From: an uncultured Planctomycetia bacterium
Lineage (GTDB): Bacteria; Planctomycetota; Planctomycetia; Pirellulales; Pirellulaceae
Direction of reading: 5' to 3'
DNA: 64,000 bases
NCBI GenBank assembly: GCA_963793465.1
Contig: CAWCAJ010000007.1
Coordinates: 177,282 to 241,281, forward strand
Position 1 is the first letter of the stretch, and each line of letters opens with the position of its first letter. The notes beneath the pieces were generated by a model. It was not told the DNA's origin and did not search any database. It saw only the letters and a program-made list of their open reading frames with translations. A program made the position numbers and the translations under genes. This document shows, piece by piece, positions 40,323-49,845 of the stretch.

Positions 40323-40653
40323 TCGTTGCGAATCCAGCACTTTCCTTTCAATTCAGATCTAAGAGTCTTGATTCTTGCATTGGGGGCAGGCAATGGTGGT
40401 CTGGATCTCTTTGCAGGGCTTTGCTGGCGGAAGCGGCTTGGTGAACAGCCTTACTTTCATCCCGGGGGGGTTATTACGCATCGACATCCTTCCTTCAGCA
40501 GGTAAGCTGACCCCCTTCTTATGGCGGCCACCGGGCATTTGAAACCCTTTTGCTCAGTTGTTTGACCCACAACACTCAAATGGAACGGGGACTTTTCACC
40601 GTTCATGGATCGTGACTGGCCGTTTTTGCCGTACCCAAGTCAGGGGAGACCCG

Positions 40654-40992
40654 ATGTTGAATCGAAGCCTAATGATCTTGATTGCCTGGTTCGCTGTTGC
40701 CGCCTGTCCGGCGGACGGCCCGGCGCAGGAGGTTGTCCGTCAGGAAGCCTCTGTCAATTTGAATCAAGGACCGCTTTACGTCTGGCCGGCCTACGTGTCG
40801 ATGACGCATTCTGCCAGCCCGATCTTCGTAGGAGAAGTGATTTCCAATCGGCCATTTCAACTGCATGCGATGCACCGTCAGTTGACTCAAAGTGCCAACT
40901 CCGCCGCTACAACCGTACGCACAAGTCAGCCCGGCACGAGCTGGACGGGCGCAGTGACGTTGCCATTTTCACCACCGCCCGGTGGTTGCTGA
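40654..40992 (+). CDS. small secreted hypothetical protein
   Basis: The ATG at 40654 is preceded by AGGGGAG. Signal peptide MLNRSLMILIAWFAVAACPA. 112 aa, followed by a strong terminator. Confidence 0.6.
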   Translation: MLNRSLMILIAWFAVAACPADGPAQEVVRQEASVNLNQGPLYVWPAYVSMTHSASPIFVGEVISNRPFQLHAMHRQLTQSANSAATTVRTSQPGTSWTGAVTLPFSPPPGGC

Positions 40993-41033
40993 AACGGTGG
41001 TTAGTCGCCGGTCGGCGACAGTAACATGCCTGG

Positions 41034-41063
41034 CCCGCTGCATCAGCGCAGCGGGTTTTTTTT
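41034..41063 (+). terminator. rho-independent terminator
   Basis: Stem CCCGCTGC / GCAGCGGG (41034-41041 and 41048-41055), 6-nt loop, then T8 (41056-41063). Confidence 0.85.
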
Positions 41064-41418
41064 GTGGTGGGACGGAGTTGCCCTGTTCCCCCGGTCTCAC
41101 CCCGGCTCGGAGAGTGCTTTAAGCTGACAGAAGCCGCGAGATGCTTGGCGGAACATTGGCTGGGCAGGGGGTGGTTCACCAATGGGGTGTCGCGCCACTT
41201 TTTGGTTGAGTCATCTTGCAGGCTGGCAAGCGGGTTTACAGGCCCGCCCGGTGGCGCCTGGAAAACGCTTGTACGGTAGGCTGGCTGTACCTCATTTCGA
41301 CCACGGGCGTGGAGATGGGTCCGCAGGATCCCGCAGCAGCTGTGCTGCTTTCGTGACGGGTGACCGTCGGGCCCTTTGCAGAAACTGGCAAATCAATGAA
41401 CCTGGAAGCGGTCGGCTG

Positions 41419-42276
41419 ATGATCTACCTGTTGTTGAACATGGTCTTTGCCTCCGGATTCATGTTGTCCATCAAATGGGCGCAGGTGCGGGGCACGGAAG
41501 ATGTCGTCACGATTGGCACCTTGAACTATATCGTGGCTGCGCTGTTGATCACGCCCTTTTTTTTGGCCCAGGACCCTCAGGCCCTCACTCGATCATCGGT
41601 TGCCACGGGAGGCACGCTGGGACTGTGTTACTTCCTGGCGTACTTTTTTGTGATCTATGCCATTCGTTGGGTGGGCGCGTCAAGTGCTACCGTTATTTCC
41701 GTGTTGTCGATCCTGGTGCCGATTGGCTTCGGGATTTTTTGGTGGCAGGAAAAACCCGGCAGTTGGCAAATTGCCGGCATCACACTGGCCCTGACTTCAC
41801 TGATGCTCATCGGAGGTCAGAAGAAAAACTCCCGGGCGGCGGTAGCCCAGCCCTGGTTTGCGCCGCTGGTGCTGGGCGTTTTTTTTCTGCTGTGCGGGAC
41901 CAGCCGATTGGCTCAGGAGGCCTTCCGGCACTGGTGCAGCCGCGACCAGATTTTGAGCTTCAACTTTGTGGCTTTTTGCGTGGCCGCGTTTCCGTCGACG
42001 TTGCTATTGCTGGCACGCCGCAAACGCATTCGGGCCAGCGAGTTCATTTTTGGTGGCGGCATGGGATTGTGCAATTTCCTGCAGACGCTGTTCATACTGG
42101 AGGCCCTGCAGCGTTTTGAGGGCTTCATTGTGTTCCCCGTGGTCAGTGCCGGGGCCATCGTTCTGACGACACTGGTGGCGACGGGCACATTGGGCGAGAG
42201 GTTGACCGCCCGCAGTTATCTGGGAATCGCGATCGCCGCGATCTCCCTGGTGTTGCTGAAGGGTTTGGACGGCTGA
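41419..42276 (+). CDS. EamA/DMT superfamily transporter
   Basis: 285 aa from the ATG at 41419, with about 10 hydrophobic helices in two similar halves. The upstream 79 codons of the track ORF do not look protein-like. Confidence 0.7.
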   Translation: MIYLLLNMVFASGFMLSIKWAQVRGTEDVVTIGTLNYIVAALLITPFFLAQDPQALTRSSVATGGTLGLCYFLAYFFVIYAIRWVGASSATVISVLSILVPIGFGIFWWQEKPGSWQIAGITLALTSLMLIGGQKKNSRAAVAQPWFAPLVLGVFFLLCGTSRLAQEAFRHWCSRDQILSFNFVAFCVAAFPSTLLLLARRKRIRASEFIFGGGMGLCNFLQTLFILEALQRFEGFIVFPVVSAGAIVLTTLVATGTLGERLTARSYLGIAIAAISLVLLKGLDG

Positions 42277-42312
42277 GCCAGGTCCAAGTCCCGCCGCCCG
42301 GCCCGCTACTTT

Positions 42313-42951
42313 TTACTTTTTCTTGTCGCCCGTTTTCTTTTTGAGAAACGGCACATCCCGTAATTCGATCTGCTTGATGGATTGCAAGTGATCCAGGACC
42401 GGTTGAGCCTCATCCTGACCCACCTGGGCGTGGAAATGCAACGAGAAGCCATGCGGTCCCTTGGCATCGATCAAGGCCGGTTCGATCGTTAACATCTCCT
42501 TGACCGTGTCCAGCATGCCCAGCATTGCGGCACAGAAAATATCGATACGGGCACCCTGCCCCAGCAGGAATCGTACGATGTCTTTACGGCCCATATGCGA
42601 TGCACCGCCCAAGGCGGTTTCGTAGTCCCCCGCTCCCCAGTCCACGGAGGCATTCAAGAGACCGGGTTCGCGTTGCAGCAGCATTTTGACCATCTCCAAA
42701 TCGCTGTGCGCATAGATCACGAAGTCGGCGGCCATGGTGCGGTTGATCTGCTGCTGTTTCCACCCCGGTTTGAAACCCGGTTCGTCGTAGTCCCGTTCAA
42801 ACGCGGCTTCCTGGGGTCCCGGATTCGAGGCTGGCTGATTTTCTTCCTGCATCAGGCCGCGGGTCCAACCGATGGTCGGGCCAGCCGCCAACAGACCGAT
42901 GGTCGACGAGTTAAAAAGACGTCGCGTCAGGGGATTTTGTGTCATGGTCAT
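42313..42951 (-). CDS. Tat-exported ankyrin repeat protein
   Basis: Twin-arginine leader (LTRRLFNSSTIGLLAAG). Ankyrin-like repeats (ETALGGASHMGRKDIVRFLLGQGARIDI, FCAAMLGMLDTVKEML). Confidence 0.75.
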   Translation of the reverse strand: MTMTQNPLTRRLFNSSTIGLLAAGPTIGWTRGLMQEENQPASNPGPQEAAFERDYDEPGFKPGWKQQQINRTMAADFVIYAHSDLEMVKMLLQREPGLLNASVDWGAGDYETALGGASHMGRKDIVRFLLGQGARIDIFCAAMLGMLDTVKEMLTIEPALIDAKGPHGFSLHFHAQVGQDEAQPVLDHLQSIKQIELRDVPFLKKKTGDKKK

Positions 42952-43048
42952 CGCTCGATTCAGGTTTCAGGAACAGATACGGGCCGAATCAATCCGGCCG
43001 CTGATTTGGGGAGGCGGTATCGCCGCCAGCAAGTTGAACTCCGGAGTG

Positions 43049-44353
43049 TCAGGCGGTGGCAACGTATTGGGTCAATCGCCCGGAGCTGTCGGCGAATTCG
43101 TTGATGTCGACACCCATTTCCCGAGCCAGTGTCAGCCACAAATTGGCCAGCGGTGTTCCGGTTTCGCATTCCAGTTGGCGACCCGTTTGCACGCCGTGAG
43201 CGCTGCCTCCGGCAATCACCATCGGCAATTGGGTGTAGGAGTGTGAATTGCCGTCCCCCAATCCGGAGCCCAACACGAAATAGGTGCTTTCCAACAGGTT
43301 GTGCTCCGCTTCCTGATGCTCTTTCAGGCGGTTGACCAGGTACAGGAATTGAGACACGTGAAAGCGGTCGATCAGCGCGACTTCCTCGTCGTAGGTATCG
43401 TCGTGCGTCATTTGGTGATGCTGGACCGGTTTCTCAAACACGCCATCGTAAAGTTGAGGAGTCTCCCAGCGTTCGGGTCCAACCATCAAGGTGACGATAC
43501 GGGTCTGATCGGTGCGGAAAGCCAGCACCATCAAATCGCCCATCAAACGCAGGTAGTCGCCGCGATTCTGTGGCATTTCTTGCGGCAGTTCAAATTCGAC
43601 TTTACCAAGCGTGCCACGGGATGCGGCCTGGTGATCCAAGCGTGTTTCAATGGCCCGCACCGATTCCAGGTACTCGTCCAGTTTGCGGCGGTCTTCGACG
43701 CCCAGTCGGGTGTGCAACGCGCGGGCATCCTCCAGGACCGTGTCCAGCACGCTGCGATTAAAAAAGTCCGCGTCGCCAAACAGTCGCTGGAACACTTTGT
43801 GGGGATCGTTCTCCGCCCGGGCATCGTGATTGGGGCCGTACCAGGAGATGGCGTCGAATAACTTGGGCTCCATGTTGTCGGTAAAGCTGTTGCAGCTGAG
43901 CTCCAACGAGGGAAAGGGAGTCGCCTGACCCACCTGCCGCGCGATCACCTGATCCAGCGTCGTGTTGATGGCCGTCGAACCATCCGGTCGATCGTAGGGT
44001 CCCGAACTGGTCATCCAGCAGGAGGCCGCTTGCGAATGTGGCTCCCCGGAAACATAAACCCGATTCAACCCATTGATGACCACCAGATCGTCGCGCACCG
44101 GTTTGAGAGGTTGCAGGGTTTGCGAATCCAGCCAATCCTGCTGTCCCACCTTGGGAAACCAGTGTTGTGTGATGATCCCATTGGGAATGTACATGAATGC
44201 CAATCGCTTGGGGGGCGTGGCGGCGGCACTCACAGCCGATGCGGTCAATGTCCGCAACGGACGCATGGCTTCCAGCATCGGTAAGGCGATCGTGGCCGCG
44301 GCACCCTTCAGCACCGTACGACGTGAAATGGGCTTTCGTTTGGGTGTCCACAT
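43049..44353 (-). CDS. DUF1552 domain protein (Tat signal)
   Basis: Leader MWTPKRKPISRRTVLKGAAATIALP. The overall pattern, including a C-terminal GSGLGDGNSHSYTQLPMVIAGG, is typical of planctomycetal DUF1552. The ATG at 44353 is preferred over the TTG at 44374. Confidence 0.85.
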   Translation of the reverse strand: MWTPKRKPISRRTVLKGAAATIALPMLEAMRPLRTLTASAVSAAATPPKRLAFMYIPNGIITQHWFPKVGQQDWLDSQTLQPLKPVRDDLVVINGLNRVYVSGEPHSQAASCWMTSSGPYDRPDGSTAINTTLDQVIARQVGQATPFPSLELSCNSFTDNMEPKLFDAISWYGPNHDARAENDPHKVFQRLFGDADFFNRSVLDTVLEDARALHTRLGVEDRRKLDEYLESVRAIETRLDHQAASRGTLGKVEFELPQEMPQNRGDYLRLMGDLMVLAFRTDQTRIVTLMVGPERWETPQLYDGVFEKPVQHHQMTHDDTYDEEVALIDRFHVSQFLYLVNRLKEHQEAEHNLLESTYFVLGSGLGDGNSHSYTQLPMVIAGGSAHGVQTGRQLECETGTPLANLWLTLAREMGVDINEFADSSGRLTQYVATA

Positions 44354-44598
44354 GAAAAGTTGATTCCTTCCCAAAGGTGATAGCGTGGGCCATCCGTTAA
44401 CTTGTTACAGGCTGTGTGGGTTTCAGGCCAGGCATGTTGACGGTGATTTGTGTTTTGGCGGGGATCTTTTTTTTGTTGCGGTTTGTTGTTTTGTTGTCGC
44501 GCCAGCATCTGTGCCAGGCCTTGATCTTGACCCGGCCTGCGACAGCCGATTGGGGATGACAGAGCAAACCCTGCTCGCTCTGTCCTGCAAGCATTCCT

Positions 44599-46716
44599 TT
44601 ACTTGCTGACGGTTGGATGCGATGCGGCCCGGGGAGGTTTCCGGAAAAGATCGCTTTGGACAATCTCTTCCACCACCGCTGAAAAGTGTTTTCCACGATC
44701 CATCACGCGGTCGATGATTTGCTGGGATGCTTTTTCATCGGCTAATTCCAGCCGCCGCCCCAAGGCATATTTTAGCATGTGCTCGGTGAATCCCTGCACG
44801 AACTCACGTTCATTCCGCAGGATCACGGCTTTGAATTGAGCGGCTCCGTTGAATTCCTCACCGAACAGCTGCCCACGGGTGTCGACCTTGATCCCATTGG
44901 GATAGGTTTGGCGAAACCGGCCAATGGTGTCGAATTTTTCCAGAGCAAAGCCCATCGGGTCAATGCGGTCGTGGCACACGGCGCAGGTGGGGTCCTGGCG
45001 GTGTTGCTCCAGACGTTGCCGCACATTCAGGGGTTTTTCTTCCGGGTCCGGGATGTCCTCCAGCGCCGGTACATCCGCCGGTGGAGCCGGAGGGGGACGA
45101 TTGAAAATCACATCCAGGATCCAGGCTCCACGGTAAACCGGGCTGGTGCGGGTCGTGGCCGAAGTACTGATCAGGGTGGCGCCGGAAGAAATAATGCCAC
45201 CTTTGTGTTTATTGGACCACCGGATACGAAAAAAGTCCTCCCACATGTCGGGATCGGGAGTGTAGCCCAGCACCTGCTTGGGATCCTGCTGGTACCAGTC
45301 CATCAGGTTGCGGTTCAGGTAGGCCCAGTCGGAATCGATAAACTCCATGATGTTGCGGTCTTCGATCATGATCGTCTCGAAATACAGCAGTTGCTCGATC
45401 ATCATGGAAACGCCGGGAGTGTAAACCTTGGAGTGGTAGTACTCGGGGAACAGGTCGCGGTCGGGACGCGCGGAATTGACACTGGCCAGTTTCAGCCATT
45501 GCATGCCAAAGTCCGTCGCCAAAGACTTGATTTTCTTGTCCCCCATCATGCGACGAACTTCCAGAAGTATCCCGGTCGGAGTACTCAATCGGCCTTCGCG
45601 GGCCGCCTGAAACAGGGCATCATCCGGCATCGAGGCCCATAGGAAGTAAGACAAGCGACTGGCCAAGGCGTAATCGTTCACACGATCATCGTCGAAACTG
45701 TTGGCCGAGAAGTCCTGGCGAAACAAAAACGAAGGTGATACCAGTACGGCAATCACCGTCTCCTTCATGGCCTGTTCATGAGAGGAAGTCAGATCGAGTT
45801 GTTGTGCGAACAAATGGCTGTAGCGATCCACTTCGGCAGGTGTGGCGGGGCGACGAAAAGCGCGGGACAGAAAGACCTGCAGGCGATCACGGGCCGTCTG
45901 TTTTTGTTGTTCGGGCAGGGTATCTCGGGGACCTGGCAAAAACATGGACGCCCAAATCCCGCTCAATCGTGGAAATGTCTCGGCATTGACGATGGAGCTT
46001 GCCAATTCGATGTAACGTTCCGCTTGCAGGGGCGAGAAACTGAGCGCCGTGTGGTCGTTGCTGAATCCATGTTCCACCGGCGGATCGCTGGGTACATCCG
46101 GCAATCCGGCAAACAGCGGCGGTCGTTTCTGAATGTAACTGAAGTGGCTCATTGCCAATACATGACGGGGCATACGTCCGGCGGCGGGTTCAAAATAGTC
46201 ATCGACCAGCACAATCCGCGACTGGCTGGTGAACATTTCACCGTCGATTCGCAATAGATCCCCCAGCGTGTTTTCGTATTCAACCTGATTCAGGCGACGC
46301 ATAATGGGTACGCGTGTCCCGTCGGCGCCCAGGGTTTGCAGGGTCTTCGCATACCAGTCCTTCAACCGTTCGATCTGCCGGGCGGTTGGCTGTTCCGCGT
46401 CCGCGGGTGGCATGTATTGATCATCCACGGCTTCCAGAATGGACCGCCAGGTTTCCAGATCCGCGTCCACTTTCGCCTGGCTGTCAAAACGGGCCAGGTC
46501 CAGTCCGGCCTCCGCATCCTCACCCGAATGGCAGGACAGGCAATAGGTTTTCAGGAAGGGCGTTACGCTGCTCTGGAAGTCGTCTGGGGTGGGGGTCGTG
46601 AACGTCCCGTTAGCCGCCGGTTCCGGCGCCGTCCATCGCACCCAGGTTGACGTGCCGGCCAGGAGGCCCGTAACGAGCAGTCCTGTCAGCCATCGGTAGC
46701 ATCGGCAGCGGTCCAT
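44599..46716 (-). CDS. DUF1592-family protein (PSD/PSCyt multidomain: DUF1587/1592/1595/1588/1585 type)
   Basis: N-terminal CLSCHSGEDAEAGLDL, QYMPP, a central FLWASMPDD, and C-terminal CAVCHDRIDPMGFALEKFD. This is the canonical partner of DUF1552. Confidence 0.85.
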   Translation of the reverse strand: MDRCRCYRWLTGLLVTGLLAGTSTWVRWTAPEPAANGTFTTPTPDDFQSSVTPFLKTYCLSCHSGEDAEAGLDLARFDSQAKVDADLETWRSILEAVDDQYMPPADAEQPTARQIERLKDWYAKTLQTLGADGTRVPIMRRLNQVEYENTLGDLLRIDGEMFTSQSRIVLVDDYFEPAAGRMPRHVLAMSHFSYIQKRPPLFAGLPDVPSDPPVEHGFSNDHTALSFSPLQAERYIELASSIVNAETFPRLSGIWASMFLPGPRDTLPEQQKQTARDRLQVFLSRAFRRPATPAEVDRYSHLFAQQLDLTSSHEQAMKETVIAVLVSPSFLFRQDFSANSFDDDRVNDYALASRLSYFLWASMPDDALFQAAREGRLSTPTGILLEVRRMMGDKKIKSLATDFGMQWLKLASVNSARPDRDLFPEYYHSKVYTPGVSMMIEQLLYFETIMIEDRNIMEFIDSDWAYLNRNLMDWYQQDPKQVLGYTPDPDMWEDFFRIRWSNKHKGGIISSGATLISTSATTRTSPVYRGAWILDVIFNRPPPAPPADVPALEDIPDPEEKPLNVRQRLEQHRQDPTCAVCHDRIDPMGFALEKFDTIGRFRQTYPNGIKVDTRGQLFGEEFNGAAQFKAVILRNEREFVQGFTEHMLKYALGRRLELADEKASQQIIDRVMDRGKHFSAVVEEIVQSDLFRKPPRAASHPTVSK

Positions 46717-46722
46717 AGGCTG

Positions 46723-47439
46723 TCAGTTGCCTCCTTCCCGAATCGCTGGTTCGGCATGTTCCGCAGCTTGTTGGCGGCGAAACGCTACGGCCTCCTGGTG
46801 GGCACGCCGCTGCTCTCGCGTCAACACTTCGCGAACGATTCGGCGTCGCACCTCACGAGAAAGCAGCAGAGTTTCCACGCCGTTATTCAGCAGCAAGGTT
46901 GCAATATCCTGATCATCGGTAGCGTTTTCCAGGATCAGATTCCGCTGCTGACCCAAGCGACGAAACGCCATGTCATAGGAATCGATCAGGTCCCGGGCCG
47001 GTTGGACCTGGTGGTCTTCCATAAAGGGCCGGTAGTGGCTCAGAAAGTAGATCTGACGGGTCGCTCGATCAAAGGCCTGCACGCAAAGTGTATGGTCTTT
47101 GCCCAATTGGGTTTCGGTGTACTTTTCCGCCTCCGGATGGACCTCGACTGAAGGGATCGAGGTTGCTGGCGGTTCGGCAGGAGTGGCCTGCTGCGGACCG
47201 CTGGCGGCAGCCGCTTCATCAGAGTTCGCCGGCGTGTCTTCCGCTGCAACTCGGTCACCCGGTACGGATGGGTCGGTGGTTGCCACGCCTGAGTGGACCC
47301 GATCGCGGCATCCCACCCAACCAACGGTCAAAACCCATACCGCCACCAGCCAGCAGATCCCGACCGGCCTTTGCCGCCCCTTCCGGGCGGAATGGTACCC
47401 CGGCGACTGGATTGTGGGTTCGGGTTTGCAGTTCTGCAT
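46723..47439 (-). CDS. hypothetical lipoprotein with helical LTXXQ-like C-terminal domain
   Basis: Lipobox (LTVGWVGC), a low-complexity Ala/Pro linker, then a helical region ending in LTREQRRAHQEAVAFRRQQ, reminiscent of Spy/CpxP LTXXQ proteins (tentative). Confidence 0.55.
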   Translation of the reverse strand: MQNCKPEPTIQSPGYHSARKGRQRPVGICWLVAVWVLTVGWVGCRDRVHSGVATTDPSVPGDRVAAEDTPANSDEAAAASGPQQATPAEPPATSIPSVEVHPEAEKYTETQLGKDHTLCVQAFDRATRQIYFLSHYRPFMEDHQVQPARDLIDSYDMAFRRLGQQRNLILENATDDQDIATLLLNNGVETLLLSREVRRRIVREVLTREQRRAHQEAVAFRRQQAAEHAEPAIREGGN

Positions 47440-47442
47440 GGA

Positions 47443-47472
47443 ATTCCGGGTGAAATGGTATTCCGGGTGGAA
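47443..47472. repeat. direct repeat ATTCCGGGTGRAA x2 with 17-bp period
   Basis: Read directly. Lies immediately upstream of the start codon (47439) of the minus-strand lipoprotein gene. Confidence 0.8.
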
Positions 47473-47782
47473 AAACGAACGCGGCAGGCCGGGTCGGTAA
47501 CAATTTTTTCGGCAGCTGGCCCACGGCGCTCCATTCTAACCTGATGACTCCGAATGGCAGAATATTCGTTTGCGGCAAAAATGCAGTTGCAAACCGGGTA
47601 TTCTGTCTTTTGCGCCGGGAAAGCCCTATCGCAGCCCCATTTAGGGAAGGCAACCCGGGCATGCCATTGGCAGGTGAAAGCAGTCGTTCGGCAATCGCTA
47701 TCCGTCCAATTTCCGGGATCCGTTAAACTGGATCGTTGACGATTTCCCCTGCCAAGTCACCGTGTTAACGATTGAGGTATGC

Positions 47783-49638
47783 ATGAGTACGCCCGAAAAT
47801 CTCGGCCGGATAAGGGAAGACGAACGGTTTTTTCCGGTTCTCTGGATGCTTGTGTTGCTGGTCCCGGCACTCTTGGGTTGCAGTGATGTTCGTCAGGATC
47901 TGGAAACCAACGTCTCCAAAACGATCGCCACACAACGCCACGCCGCCCACACGAACTCCGACGCGGCTGCTGGCGACTGGCCGCAGTTCCGCGGCGGGGA
48001 TTTCCTGTCCTCGACGGATGCCGTGCTTCCTGTGCAATGGAGCACGGAACAGGGTCTGCAATGGCGTTGTGAATTACCAGGTCGAGGAGCATCTTCCCCC
48101 GTTGTCTCCGGAGACCGGATTTATTTGACGGCCTACGACGGTTATGGATTGTCGTTGGAGGACCCCGGCGATTGTCTCGACTTGCGTCATCACCTGCTGT
48201 GTTTTCAGCGGGGCACGGGCGAGCCATTGTGGCACCGCGAAATCACCGGAACTCATTTGAATCAGAAGATGAATCCGGAGCTGGTACGACACGGATTTGC
48301 CTCGTCCACCCCCGTGACGGATGGCCAGGCAGTGTTCGCCTTTTTCGGTGTCACAGGACTATTTGCCTTTGACACCAATGGCAACCCCCTGTGGCAACGC
48401 AATCTGGGTTTGAACACCCACTACTTCGGCTCCAGCGCTCCCCCCTGCTGCATGGCGATCTGCTGATCGTGAATGCCAGTCTGGAAAGCAACTCCGTTTA
48501 TGCTCTGAACAAGCGGACCGGGGCCGCGGTCTGGAAGATTCCCAACATCCAGGAATGCTGGTCCATGCCGATTATTGGTGAGAACGCCGAGGGCCAACAG
48601 GAACTGGTCATCTCCAGCAAGAACGTGGTAGCAGGTTTCGATCCCGAGACGGGAACTCCGTTGTGGCATTGTCAGGGAATTCAGGACTACGTGGTCTCCG
48701 TACCCATCATCGTGGACGGGATTTGTTATCTCACAGGAGGCAAGACCAAGCAGACGATGGCGATTCGTCTGGGCGGCAAAGGGGATGTCTCGCAAACGCA
48801 TAAATTATGGGAAGTTGGCAAGATCGGTTCCAACGTATCTTCCCCGGTGTACCGTGACGGACGCTTGTACATTTTCCACGACAGCGGCGTGATCCAGGTG
48901 CTGGATGCCCGGGATGGAGCGGTGATCAGCCGTAACCGTACGTCCACCCGGGAACGCCCATTTGCTTCCCCGCTGCTGGCCGGACAACATATCTATATGC
49001 CTTTCCAGGATTCCGGTATCTCCGTGTTTCGAGCCGACGCCGAAGGTGAGGAAGTGAATGTCATGCCGCTGGATGACGAACTGCCGCTGATGGCATCCAT
49101 TGTGCCCGACGGGAACAACCTGCTCTACCGCAACGACCGATTTCTGTACTGTGTGGGTGCGACTGCGGAGTCAGCCAGCGGACGCACCTGGCCCCAACAC
49201 GGGGATTCACAGATTGTGACGACCATCGAATCGTACAATATCGATCCTGAAAAGGGCTGGTCACGCCGCTACCTGGGCTTTCTGACTGCCGACTTTGAAC
49301 AAGCCATCAAGTGGCTGTTGATGCCCTATCAATCCGTGATTACGGAGCAGCAGACGGAACGGTCACGGGAGATTATCTTCTCCGAAAAACCCAAGTATGA
49401 CGCGTTGCGGGACCGATTTGAGTCCTTACAGTGGGAAGAACTGACGACACCGGCCGAGGAAGCGGATCGATTTCATGAACTCTGGGCGGCTCTGGAAAAA
49501 AACACGCAAAAACTGAATGCGGACACGCGGATTCTGGTGAAAAAGCTTTTCCCGGAAGAACAGCTGCAAAGGCATTATCGCGATGCAGAGGCCGGCGTGG
49601 CGCACATCAAACCCGGCGATTCGGGAAAGAAAAAATAA
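47783..49638 (+). pseudogene. PQQ-like beta-propeller lipoprotein (BamB-like repeats), frame broken at the C6 run 48440-48445
   Basis: The ATG at 47783 gives a lipoprotein signal (LLVPALLGC). Two track ORFs (47762..48466 and 48391..49638) carry consecutive propeller blades. ...HYFGSSAPP in one frame continues as LLHGDLLIVNASLES in the next. Confidence 0.8.
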
Positions 49639-49845
49639 CCCGAATTGACAGGAAATTGTTGCTCAGTTGGTGCTGGCTGTCGCCTGCGGGGCCAGGGCTG
49701 GGAACGCCGGCCCGTCTGCAGGCCAATGGGTGCCAGCTGGCGTCTGGCCCACGGTTAAAAACGGTCCAGCTCATTGACATGCCTTGCGTCGTGAGTGACA
49801 ACAACCGCTGCTGTTTCCAACCTGCGGCATCAATAAGGACTGTTA

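Noticed and set aside
40558-40653. Upstream start (40558) for the small secreted protein ORF
   Set aside because: The first 32 codons (MFDPQHSNGTGTFHRSWIVTGRFCRTQVRGDP) would bury the signal peptide. The internal ATG at 40654 has an AGGGGAG ribosome-binding site.
41064-41418. Guanidine-I (ykkC) or another known riboswitch upstream of the EamA transporter
   Set aside because: I could not find the conserved ykkC elements (CUAGGGUUCCG, GGUCCGAGAG, ACACGGCGGGA) or any other riboswitch consensus by eye. It is kept only as a low-interest structured leader.
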